A program made the translations under genes and the position numbers. A DNA stretch of 64,000 nt from Paracoccaceae bacterium (GTDB taxonomy: Bacteria > Pseudomonadota > Alphaproteobacteria > Rhodobacterales > Rhodobacteraceae): NCBI GenBank assembly GCA_009773055.1, contig WOUW01000010.1, positions 2,448-66,447 of the forward strand, read 5' to 3'. The notes under the pieces were generated by a model. It was given only the letters and a program-made list of their open reading frames with translations, had not been told where the DNA came from and ran no database searches. Below are positions 1 to 8,547 of this stretch, piece by piece (position 1 is the stretch's first letter; every line of letters starts with the position of its first letter).

Positions 1-1299
1 ACGTGGGAGGCCTGTTCGGGCACCTCACGCTTCAAACCAGAAGGCGCGCAAGAGGACCTTGTTCGTGGGATCAAGGAGCTGACGGCGAAACCGGTCGTCG
101 GTGTCGGTCGGTTCACCAGCGCGGATGCCATGGTCCGCCAGATCAGATCCGGCGTGCTCGACTTCATCGGGGCCGCCCGACCCTCCATCGCCGACCCGTT
201 TCTGCCAAAGAAGATCGAGGAAGGCCGGTATGAGGACATCCGCGAATGCATCGGTTGCAACATCTGCGTGTCCGGTGACATGACCGGCAGCATCAGCCGC
301 TGCACCCAGAACACCGCCTTCATGGAGGAATGGCGCAAGGGCTGGCATCCCGACCGAGCCCGGCCCAAGGGGGTATCCGAAAGCGTCCTTATCGTCGGTG
401 CCGGTCCCGCCGGCCTTGAGGCGGCCCTGCAGGCTGCCAAACGCGGTTACAGGGTCACGCTGGCCGAAGCCACCAAGAGCCTCGGCGGCCGCGTGGCCAA
501 GGAACGCCTCCTCCCCGGCCTCTCCGCCTGGGGTCGCGTCGCCGACTACCGAACCGGCCAACTTGGCCCCATGCCGAACGTCGCGATCTACCGCGACAGC
601 CCCCTCACGCCCGAGGACGTCCTTGCCATGGGTGTCGACCATGTCGCCATCGCCACTGGAGCCACGTGGCGCCGCGATGCCGTCGCCCGCCTGCACCTCC
701 ACCCGATTCCAACCGATCCGGCATTGCCCCTTTTCACGCCCGACGACCTGATGTCCGGGCACTGCCCCGAGGGCCAGACTGTCGCCATCTACGACGACGA
801 CCATTTCTACATGGGCTCGGTCCTGGCCGAGCTTCTGGTCCTTAGGGGCAACCGCGTCCACTTTGTCACCCCCGCTGTGAAGGTTGCCGAATGGACCGAC
901 AACACTCTGGAACAGGGAACGATCATGAGACGTCTCCTGGAGCTTGGGGTCGAGGTTCAGCTGAACAAAGCCCCGGAAGCCGTTCTGAAAAGCGAGATCA
1001 TCCTTGGTTGCACCTGGACTGGCCGCCAATCCGCGCTGTCTTGCGACGCGCTGGTCTACGTTACATCCAGAACACCGAACGACGACCTTTTTCAGGCCTC
1101 GAAAACGCTCGACTGGCAGGCCGTCGGTATCAGGTCCCTGCACTTGATTGGCGACGCCGCCGCGCCCGGTCCGATCGCCTGGGCCACTTATGCTGGCCGC
1201 GCTTGGGCCGAGGGTCTCGACATGCCCGACCGGGCTGATGCACTGTCGTTCCGCCGCGAGATCGCCGCGCTGGAGCCCGGCCAATCTTTGCTTCCCTGA
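1..1299 (+). CDS. Histamine/trimethylamine dehydrogenase-family flavoprotein (FMN, [4Fe-4S], ADP), 5'-truncated at the window edge
   Basis: Frame 1 is open from base 1 (TWEACSGTSRFKPEG...). It contains GAARPSIADPFLP, the [4Fe-4S] motif CIGCNIC...CTQN, EEWRKGWHP and GAGPAG. CVSGDMT resembles histamine dehydrogenases rather than TMADH. Confidence 0.88.
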   Translation, partial: TWEACSGTSRFKPEGAQEDLVRGIKELTAKPVVGVGRFTSADAMVRQIRSGVLDFIGAARPSIADPFLPKKIEEGRYEDIRECIGCNICVSGDMTGSISRCTQNTAFMEEWRKGWHPDRARPKGVSESVLIVGAGPAGLEAALQAAKRGYRVTLAEATKSLGGRVAKERLLPGLSAWGRVADYRTGQLGPMPNVAIYRDSPLTPEDVLAMGVDHVAIATGATWRRDAVARLHLHPIPTDPALPLFTPDDLMSGHCPEGQTVAIYDDDHFYMGSVLAELLVLRGNRVHFVTPAVKVAEWTDNTLEQGTIMRRLLELGVEVQLNKAPEAVLKSEIILGCTWTGRQSALSCDALVYVTSRTPNDDLFQASKTLDWQAVGIRSLHLIGDAAAPGPIAWATYAGRAWAEGLDMPDRADALSFRREIAALEPGQSLLP

Positions 1300-1311
1300 A
1301 GGAACCCGACC

Positions 1312-1734
1312 ATGACCCATTTCCGCCATCGCAAGTTCAACACCAAGGACACCTACCCCGAGCAGAAACTGGACAATGACCTGGCGCAGGCCGTCGTTGC
1401 GCGTGGGCGGATCGTCTTTCTCCGTGGCCAGTGTCCGCAGGACCTCGACACAGCCAAGGACATCGGCAGCCATGACCCGGTCGAGCAGACCCACAAGGTG
1501 ATGCAGAACATCCGGCAGCTTCTGGAAGAGGTCGGCGGCAAGATGGAGCACCTCTGCAAGGTCGTGGTCTATCTTACCGACGTCCGTCACCGCGAGGCGG
1601 TTTACCGGACGATGGGGGAGTATATCAAGGGCGTGCATCCGGTTTCGACCGGGGTGGTCGTCACCGCGCTCGCCCGGCCGTCCTGGCTGGTCGAGATCGA
1701 CGGGACCGCTGTCATTCCGGACGACGCAGCATGA
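1312..1734 (+). CDS. RidA/YjgF-family enamine/imine deaminase (HinL-like)
   Basis: VFLRGQ, KVVVYLTD, R-x-x-VY and P(S)WLVEIDGTAV motifs; 140 aa. Confidence 0.85.
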   Translation: MTHFRHRKFNTKDTYPEQKLDNDLAQAVVARGRIVFLRGQCPQDLDTAKDIGSHDPVEQTHKVMQNIRQLLEEVGGKMEHLCKVVVYLTDVRHREAVYRTMGEYIKGVHPVSTGVVVTALARPSWLVEIDGTAVIPDDAA

Positions 1735-2402
1735 CCTTCTCCATCGTCGCGCGCTGTGCCCGGACCGGGCAGTTCGGGATGGCGATTTCGTCCTCCTCGC
1801 CCGCCGTCGCGGCGCGGTGCGCCCATGTCCGGGCGGGGGTCGGAGCAGTGGCGAGCCAGAACATCACAGACCCTGCATTGGGGCCGCTGGTGCTGGATCG
1901 GCTGGAGGCGGGCTTATCCGCCGCCGAGGCCTTGCAGGCCGTCACCGAGGGGCGCGCTTTCATCGACTACCGGCAGTTGCTGGTCGTCGACCGAGCAGGG
2001 CGGACGGCGATCCATTCGGGGGGGCAGGTGCTGGGCCTCTGGGGTGAGGCGCGGGCGACGGATTGCGCGGCGGGGGGAAACTTGCTGGCGGGGGAGTTGG
2101 TTCCGATGGCGATGGTGGAGGCTTTCGCGACCTCGAAAGGGCATCTGGGGGAGCGGCTGATGCTGGCCCTGGAGGCCGGGTTGCAGGCGGGGGGTGAGGC
2201 GGGGCCGGTGCATTCGGCGGGGCTGAAGGTGGCGGACCGGCTGTCGTGGCCTCTGATCGACCTGCGGATCGACTGGGCGGACGATCCCATCGGGATGCTG
2301 CGGGCCGCCTGGGAGGTCTACGCGCCGCAGATGGGCGCCTATGTCCAGCGGGCGGAGGACCCGACCCAGGCCCCGAAATACGGGGTGCCGGGGGATGAGT
2401 GA
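1731..2402 (+). CDS. DUF1028 Ntn-hydrolase-like protein (HinH-like)
   Basis: N-terminus MTFSIVARC, GVGAVASQ, GGEAGPVHSA and DLRIDW; ATGA overlap with the RidA gene. Confidence 0.85.
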   Translation: MTFSIVARCARTGQFGMAISSSSPAVAARCAHVRAGVGAVASQNITDPALGPLVLDRLEAGLSAAEALQAVTEGRAFIDYRQLLVVDRAGRTAIHSGGQVLGLWGEARATDCAAGGNLLAGELVPMAMVEAFATSKGHLGERLMLALEAGLQAGGEAGPVHSAGLKVADRLSWPLIDLRIDWADDPIGMLRAAWEVYAPQMGAYVQRAEDPTQAPKYGVPGDE

Positions 2403-2410
2403 GGTTGGGC

Positions 2411-2483
2411 TGCCCGCGCGTGGGCACTTTCGTCACATCAATGAAATCAGAGATTTGCCTGCGGGCATTCAGGAAATCTTAAC
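2411..2483. repeat. 73-bp composite intergenic element, copy A
   Basis: Palindrome TGCCCGCGCGTGGGCA (2411-2426), AATCAGAGATTTG (2445-2457), TTCA-N7-TTAAC (2468-2483). Same layout as 35421-35493. Confidence 0.7.
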
Positions 2484-2504
2484 TTCCTTAACGGGGCTCT
2501 GAAC

Positions 2505-3719
2505 ATGGTCGAGAAGGTTCACACGCTGGTCATCGGTGGCGGTCAGGCGGGGGTCGCCACATCGGCGCACTTGCAGAAGCATGGTGTTCCGCACCTGGTC
2601 CTGGAGCGCGACCGGATCGCGGAACGCTGGCGGTCCTGGCGCTGGGACAGCCTGGTAGCGAACGGCCCAGCCTGGCACGACCGCTTTCCTGAGGCCGAGT
2701 TCAGCGATCTCGACCCTGACGCATTCGCCCCGAAGGAAGCCGTCGCCGACTACTTCGTGCGCTTCGCCAAGGACCGTAGCCTGCCGATCCGAACCGGGGT
2801 CGAGGTCACGAAGCTGGAGCACCAAGGCGACGCCTACCGCGCCATCACGTCGAAAGGGGCCATCGAAGCGCAGAACGTCGTCGTCGCGACCGGACCATTC
2901 CAGAAGCCAGTCATTCCGACCGTCATCACTGATCCGTCGATCACGCAGCTCCATTCCAACAGCTACCGCAACCCCGCAGCCCTGCCCGAGGGCGCGGTGC
3001 TGGTCGTCGGTGCGGGGTCCTCAGGTGCGCAGATTGCCGAGGAGCTGGTGCGGGCGGGCCGCAAGGTCTTTCTGTCGGTCGGTCCGCATGACCGCCCGCC
3101 ACGCCGCTATCGGGGGCAGGATTTCGTCTGGTGGCTGGGCCGCTTGGGCAAGTGGGACATGAAGGCTCCCACGCCCGGAACCGAGCATATCACGATTGCG
3201 GTCAGCGGTGCCTATGGCGGGCACACGATGGATTTCCGCCGTCTTGCAGGGCTGGGGGTGACGCTTGTGGGCCGGGCAGGCGCATATCGTGACGGGACGC
3301 TGCAAATTGCGAGTGACCTGCAGACCAACATCGCGAATGGCGACCGCAACTATCTGTCGGTGCTGGACGAGGCCGACGCCTATGCGAAGGCGCACGGCCT
3401 TGACCTGCCGGAGGAGCCCGACGCGCGCAACCTTTTGCCCCTGCCCGGCTGCGTGACCGATCCCACGAGGGCGCTGGACATGCAGGCTGAGGGGATCGGC
3501 ACGGTGATCTGGGCCACCGGGTTTCAGCTGGATTTCGGCTGGATCGACCTGGACATCTTCCGCGAGGATGGCCGCCCGCGGCATCAGGACGGCGTGACGG
3601 ACCTTCCCGGTCTCTACTTCATGGGCCTGCCCTGGCTGTCCTGCCGGGGCTCGGCGTTCATCTGGGGAGCCTGGAAGGATGCCGAACGGCTGGCGGGGTT
3701 GATCGCGGCGCGCGGGTGA
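2505..3719 (+). CDS. Flavin-containing monooxygenase-like NAD(P)/FAD oxidoreductase (HinF-like)
   Basis: Two Rossmann motifs (GGGQAG, GAGSSG), W-x-x-x-RWDSL, LHSNSYRNP, WATG and GLYFMGLPW. Confidence 0.82.
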   Translation: MVEKVHTLVIGGGQAGVATSAHLQKHGVPHLVLERDRIAERWRSWRWDSLVANGPAWHDRFPEAEFSDLDPDAFAPKEAVADYFVRFAKDRSLPIRTGVEVTKLEHQGDAYRAITSKGAIEAQNVVVATGPFQKPVIPTVITDPSITQLHSNSYRNPAALPEGAVLVVGAGSSGAQIAEELVRAGRKVFLSVGPHDRPPRRYRGQDFVWWLGRLGKWDMKAPTPGTEHITIAVSGAYGGHTMDFRRLAGLGVTLVGRAGAYRDGTLQIASDLQTNIANGDRNYLSVLDEADAYAKAHGLDLPEEPDARNLLPLPGCVTDPTRALDMQAEGIGTVIWATGFQLDFGWIDLDIFREDGRPRHQDGVTDLPGLYFMGLPWLSCRGSAFIWGAWKDAERLAGLIAARG

Positions 3720-3743
3720 GGGTTTTGCGCGTCGAAGGCCCCG

Positions 3744-4208
3744 TCAGTCGTCCTCGGTGATCGCACCGTCGGATTGCAGGGCAATGATTTCGCGCAGGAT
3801 GCTGTCGACCCGGGCGGCAACGTCGGGACCGAGGCGGGTCCGCAGGTCGGCGTCGAAGGCAAGGGCGCGCTGGCCGATCTCGGCAAACACCGCGCGGCCC
3901 TTGGGGGTGAGGCTCAGGTTCTCGACCCGCCGGTCCTGGTCGCTGGTGGCGCGGGTGAGAAGGCCCTCGGCCTCCATCCCCGCGACGGCGCGGGAGACCT
4001 TGGTTTTCTCGATATGGCTGATCCGGCAGATGTCGCGGGCGGTCATTGCGCCAAAACGGCCGAGGTTGGCCATCACGCGCCACTGCGTGCGGGTCAGGCC
4101 GTACCGGTCGCGGTAGGTGGACTGAAAGCCGCGGCTGGTGGCCTCGGCGGCCTGGTTCAAAAGGTAAGGCAGGAAATCCTGCAGGTCGAAGGTGCCGCCC
4201 GCTGCCAT
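3744..4208 (-). CDS. MarR-family regulator of the homogentisate cluster
   Basis: FLPYLLN, WRVMA, KTKVSRAV and DRR...LT-x-KG winged-HTH motifs. Confidence 0.88.
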   Translation of the reverse strand: MAAGGTFDLQDFLPYLLNQAAEATSRGFQSTYRDRYGLTRTQWRVMANLGRFGAMTARDICRISHIEKTKVSRAVAGMEAEGLLTRATSDQDRRVENLSLTPKGRAVFAEIGQRALAFDADLRTRLGPDVAARVDSILREIIALQSDGAITEDD

Positions 4209-4209
4209 A

Positions 4210-4833
4210 TCAGGCCCCCGGCTTCACGCGGTCGGGATGCGCGGCGGCAACCTGCGGGATCGCCTCCATCCGGTCGGCAATGGCAGCGATGCGCGGAAAT
4301 GGGGTCAGGTCCACACCCCAGCGGTTGGCGTTGTAGACCTGGGGGTGAAGGCAGAGGTCGGCAAGGCCGGGGTTCTGTCCGTGCGCGAACGGAGTGTCAC
4401 CGGTCAGCATCGGCTCCAGCCCCTGAAAGCCGAGCGTGATGAAGTGGTGCATCCAGTCTTCGGTAGTGCCGCCAAGGCCGACGACGTGCTGGGCCACGCG
4501 AAGGTTGCAGACGGGCTGGATATCCATCGCGACCGCCATGGCCAGCGCGCGGGCGCGCGCGCGCTCTGCGGGGGCTTTGGGCAAGAAACCGGCGGCGCGC
4601 GTCTCGTCCAGGTATTCCAGGATCGCTAGCGACTGGGTCAGGCGGAGGCCGTCGATTTCCAGCACCGGAACAAGACCCTGCGGGTTGACCTTCAGGTGGT
4701 CTGGCGCACGTTGTCCGCTGCTGGTCAGGTCCACCGGGATGGACCGGTAGGCGATGCCCAGAAGGTTCAGCCCGATCCGGACCCGATAGGCCGAGGACGA
4801 GCGCCAGTAGTCGTGTAAGATAACATCTGTCAT
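4210..4833 (-). CDS. maiA: Maleylacetoacetate isomerase (zeta-class GST)
   Basis: [42 protein letters not shown]; adjacent to hmgA. Confidence 0.92.
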   Translation of the reverse strand: MTDVILHDYWRSSSAYRVRIGLNLLGIAYRSIPVDLTSSGQRAPDHLKVNPQGLVPVLEIDGLRLTQSLAILEYLDETRAAGFLPKAPAERARARALAMAVAMDIQPVCNLRVAQHVVGLGGTTEDWMHHFITLGFQGLEPMLTGDTPFAHGQNPGLADLCLHPQVYNANRWGVDLTPFPRIAAIADRMEAIPQVAAAHPDRVKPGA

Positions 4834-4875
4834 GCGCTGGCTTTAGCCGGTTCGGAATTGCTTGTCATGTTAAGC

Positions 4876-4904
4876 TTGACTTGGTTGCAGTTGCAACTAT
4901 TAAT
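4876..4904 (+). promoter_or_regulatory. hmgA promoter (TTGACT -35, TATTAAT -10 region) with inverted repeat GTTGCA-N2-TGCAAC in the spacer, probable MarR operator
   Basis: TTGACT at 4876-4881, inverted repeat at 4884-4897, TATTAAT at 4898-4904, in the divergent maiA/hmgA gap. Confidence 0.6.
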
Positions 4905-4931
4905 CGAGGCAGTCGGCTGCAGGAGGTTCGC

Positions 4932-6287
4932 ATGACCCACCATTCCCTTCCTGAAGGCATGATCCGCGCCGCAAGTGGGACCGGGTTGACCGAAGGCTAC
5001 ATGCCGGGCTTTGGCAACGATTTCGAGACCGAGGCCCTTCCGGGTGCCCTGCCCCAGGGCCAGAACAGCCCGCAGAAATGCGCCTACGGGCTTTATGCCG
5101 AGCAGTTGTCGGGGTCGGCCTTTACCAAGCCGCATCCAGAGCGGACCTGGTGTTACCGCATCCGGCCTTCGGTGAAGCACACGACCCGGTTCACGAAGAT
5201 CGACGTGCCGTTCTGGAAATCCGCACCGCACGTGCTGCCGGAGGTGATTTCGCTGGGCCAATACCGCTGGGACCCGGTGCCGCATGGCAACGAACATCTG
5301 ACCTGGATCACGGGGATGCGGACGGCGACGACGGCGGGAGATGTCAACACCCAGACCGGGATGGCAGCGCATGTTTACACGGTCACGGCATCGATGGTGG
5401 ACGAGTATTTCTATTCGGCCGATGGCGAGTTGCTGGTGGTGCCGCAAGAGGGTCGGCTGCGGTTCTGCACCGAACTGGGGGTGATTGCCCTCGAGCCGAA
5501 GGAGATCGCCGTCTTGCCGCGCGGGTTGGTCTACCGGGTCGAGGTGCTGGAAGGCCCGGCGCGCGGCTTTGTCTGCGAGAATTACGGGGTGCCGTTCACG
5601 CTGCCGAACCGCGGGCCGATCGGAGCGAACTGTCTGGCGAACCCGCGGGACTTCAAGGTGCCGGTGGCGGCCTTCGAGGACCGGGAGGTGGCGTCGCGGG
5701 TGGTGCTGAAGTGGTGTGGGCAGTTTCATGAAACGCGGATCGGGCATTCGCCCCTGGACGTGGTCGCGTGGCATGGGAACTACGCGCCCTACAAGTATGA
5801 TTTGCGGACCTATTCTCCGGTCGGGGCGATCCTGTTTGATCATCCGGACCCGTCGATCTTTACGGTGCTGACAGCGCCGTCGGGCTTGGAGGGGACGGCG
5901 AATATCGACTTTGTCCTCTTCCGGGAACGCTGGCTGGTGGCGGAGAACAGCTTCCGCCCGCCGTGGTACCACAAGAACGTCATGTCCGAGCTGATGGGCA
6001 ATATCTACGGCATCTATGATGCGAAGCCGAAGGGGTTCGTGCCCGGCGGGATGAGCTTGCACAACTGCATGTTGCCACATGGGCCGGACAAGGGGGCGTT
6101 CGAGGGGGCGTCGAACGCGGCGCTGAAGCCGGAGAAGCTGGAGGAGACAATGTCTTTCATGTTCGAGACGCGGTTTCCGCAGCACCTGACGGAATGGGCG
6201 GCGAAGGCGGCTCCGATGCAGGACGATTACATCGACTGCTGGGCGAGCCTGGAGAAGAAATTCGACGGGACGCCGGGCGTTAAATGA
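4932..6287 (+). CDS. hmgA: Homogentisate 1,2-dioxygenase
   Basis: [10 protein letters not shown]-x-YRIRPSV, [18 protein letters not shown]-x-N and SLHN..PHGPD; AGGAGG SD before ATG 4932. Confidence 0.96.
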   Translation: MTHHSLPEGMIRAASGTGLTEGYMPGFGNDFETEALPGALPQGQNSPQKCAYGLYAEQLSGSAFTKPHPERTWCYRIRPSVKHTTRFTKIDVPFWKSAPHVLPEVISLGQYRWDPVPHGNEHLTWITGMRTATTAGDVNTQTGMAAHVYTVTASMVDEYFYSADGELLVVPQEGRLRFCTELGVIALEPKEIAVLPRGLVYRVEVLEGPARGFVCENYGVPFTLPNRGPIGANCLANPRDFKVPVAAFEDREVASRVVLKWCGQFHETRIGHSPLDVVAWHGNYAPYKYDLRTYSPVGAILFDHPDPSIFTVLTAPSGLEGTANIDFVLFRERWLVAENSFRPPWYHKNVMSELMGNIYGIYDAKPKGFVPGGMSLHNCMLPHGPDKGAFEGASNAALKPEKLEETMSFMFETRFPQHLTEWAAKAAPMQDDYIDCWASLEKKFDGTPGVK

Positions 6288-7591
6288 CAGGCGGGGGGCC
6301 AGCCCCCCGCACCCCCCGGAAGAAAGCAGGGCAGATGCCACTTCTCCGATCATGGGTAGAAAGCGCCAACGCGCCGGACCATCCGTTTCCGCTGAACAAC
6401 CTGCCCTGCGGCGTGTTTTCGCTGCCCGGGGAGGAGCCGCGTTGCGGGGTGGCCATCGGGGACTTCGTGCTGGACGTGGCGGCGCTTGAGGAGGTGGGGC
6501 TACTGGAGTTGCCGGGAGCGCCCTTGCTGGACGTGCCCTACTGGAACGAGGTGATGGAGGCGGGGCAGGAGGTTTGGGCGGCGTTGCGCGCGCAGCTGAC
6601 GGCTCTGCTGGCCGAGGGGTCTGCCACGCGGGCGGAGGCAGAGCCGCATCTGGTCAGGCGCGATGGGGTGGCTTTGCATATGCCCTTTCTCGTCAGCGAA
6701 TACACCGACTTCTACGCGGGCCGTCATCACGCCACCAACGTCGGGACCATGTTCAGGGGGGCGGAGAATGCGCTGCCGCCGAACTGGTTGCACATCCCGA
6801 TTGGCTACAACGGGCGGGCGTCCTCGGTGGTGGTGTCGGGCACTCCGGTGCGACGGCCCTGGGGGCAGGTGAAGGGGCCGGATCAGGTGGTGCCTGCCTT
6901 CCAGCCTTCGCGCCGGTTCGATATCGAGCTGGAGTTGGGGGCGGTGGTGGGTGTGCCTTCGGACGGCCCGGTGACGGTAGCCGAGGCCGATGCGATGATC
7001 TTCGGCTATGTGCTGCTGAACGATTGGTCGGCGCGGGACATCCAGGCCTGGGAGTATCAGCCGCTGGGGCCGTTCCAGGCGAAAGCCACCGCCACGACGA
7101 TCAGCCCTTGGATCGTGATGAAAGCGGCGCTGGAGCCGTTCCGCTGTTCCACCCCACCCCGCGAGGTGCCGCTGCTGCCGCATCTGCAGGAGCCGGGGCC
7201 GATGCTGTATGACATAGCACTGGAGGTCGGCCTGACGCCCGAGGGGGGCCGCGAGACAGTGATCGCGCGAACCAACTACCGCGAGATGTATTATTCGGCC
7301 GCGCAGCAGTTGGCGCATCACACGACGAGCGGCTGTCCGATGAATGTGGGCGACCTTCTGGGGTCGGGCACGATCTCTGGCCCGACGAAAGACTCACGAG
7401 GAAGCCTTCTGGAACTGTCCTGGGGCGGCAAGGAACCGATTGCCATCGACGGAGGGACGCGGACCTTCATCGAGGATGGCGATACGCTGGTGCTGCGGGG
7501 CAAGGCGCAGGGCGACGGCTACACAATTGGCTTTGGCGACTGCGCGGGCCAGGTTCAGGCAGCGCTTGAAGATCCATACGCAAGGACATGA
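6284..7591 (+). CDS. fahA: Fumarylacetoacetase (start 6284 or 6335)
   Basis: [52 protein letters not shown] and GSGTISG. Confidence 0.95.
   Translation: MTGGGPAPRTPRKKAGQMPLLRSWVESANAPDHPFPLNNLPCGVFSLPGEEPRCGVAIGDFVLDVAALEEVGLLELPGAPLLDVPYWNEVMEAGQEVWAALRAQLTALLAEGSATRAEAEPHLVRRDGVALHMPFLVSEYTDFYAGRHHATNVGTMFRGAENALPPNWLHIPIGYNGRASSVVVSGTPVRRPWGQVKGPDQVVPAFQPSRRFDIELELGAVVGVPSDGPVTVAEADAMIFGYVLLNDWSARDIQAWEYQPLGPFQAKATATTISPWIVMKAALEPFRCSTPPREVPLLPHLQEPGPMLYDIALEVGLTPEGGRETVIARTNYREMYYSAAQQLAHHTTSGCPMNVGDLLGSGTISGPTKDSRGSLLELSWGGKEPIAIDGGTRTFIEDGDTLVLRGKAQGDGYTIGFGDCAGQVQAALEDPYART
6291..6320. repeat. REP-like hairpin GCGGGGGGC-CA-GCCCCCCGC followed by ACCCCCCGG
   Basis: Perfect 9-bp stem at 6291-6310; similar architecture at 35594-35625. 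Confidence 0.6.
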
Positions 7592-7592
7592 C

Positions 7593-8543
7593 ATGACGAA
7601 AGCTTTTGCATCCCAGGGCGACCTTGCGGAGAAGACCATCAGCTTCACCGAGATTGGCGACGGCCTTTACGCCTTCACGGCCGAAGGGGACCCGAACAGC
7701 GGCGTCATCATCGGCGATGACAGCGTGATGGTGGTCGAGGCGCAAGCCACGCCGCGACTGGCGCAGAAGGTGATCGACTGCATCCGGGGGGTGACGGACA
7801 AGCCGATCTCGCATGTCGTCCTGACACATTATCATGCAGTGCGGGTGCTGGGGGCTTCGGCTTTCAACGCCCCGCAGGTGATCATGTCGGAAGCCGCCCG
7901 CAACATGGTGGCCGAGCGCGGGCAAGAGGATTGGGACAGCGAATTCCAGCGCTTTCCGCGCCTGTTTCAGGGCCACGAGTCAATCCCCGGACTGACCTGG
8001 CCGACCACGACCTTCAACGGGAAGATGACGGTCTGGCTTGGCAAGCGGCGGGTCGATATCTGCCAAGTCGGCCGGGCGCATACCGCAGGCGACGCGGTGA
8101 TCCATGTCCCCGACCAGAACGTGATGTTCACCGGCGACATCGTAGAGGCGCATTCCGCCTGCTACTGCGGCGACGGCCATTTCGCCGATTGGGGCGGCAC
8201 GCTGGAGGCGATCCGGGCCTATGATCTGGACGCGATTGCTCCGGGCCGGGGGGATGCGGTGATTGGCCGGACGGCGGTGAACGGGGCGCTGGACCGGACG
8301 AAGGATTTCGTGGACAGCACCTACAGGCCGGTGGCGCGGGTCGCGGCGCGCAACGGGTCACTGAAGGAAGCCTGGGACGCCTGCCGCGCCGAGTGTGACC
8401 CGAAGTTCAAGGACTACGCGATCTACGAGCACTGCCTGCCCTTCAACGTCGCCCGCGCCTATGACGAGGCGCGCGGCATTGCTCACCCCCGCATCTGGAC
8501 CGCCCAGCGCGATCTGGAGATGTGGGCAGCGTTGCAAGGGTGA
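7593..8543 (+). CDS. MBL-fold metallo-hydrolase associated with hmg clusters
   Basis: THYHAVR (variant of HxHxDH), AHT.GD, FTGD and PGRG motifs; start MTKAFASQGD. Confidence 0.82.
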   Translation: MTKAFASQGDLAEKTISFTEIGDGLYAFTAEGDPNSGVIIGDDSVMVVEAQATPRLAQKVIDCIRGVTDKPISHVVLTHYHAVRVLGASAFNAPQVIMSEAARNMVAERGQEDWDSEFQRFPRLFQGHESIPGLTWPTTTFNGKMTVWLGKRRVDICQVGRAHTAGDAVIHVPDQNVMFTGDIVEAHSACYCGDGHFADWGGTLEAIRAYDLDAIAPGRGDAVIGRTAVNGALDRTKDFVDSTYRPVARVAARNGSLKEAWDACRAECDPKFKDYAIYEHCLPFNVARAYDEARGIAHPRIWTAQRDLEMWAALQG

Positions 8544-8547
8544 TCTG

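Noticed and set aside
130-360. DNA similarity to about 28860-29090 as a repeat or recent duplication
   Set aside because: Explained by conserved motifs shared by two divergent TMADH-family paralogs.
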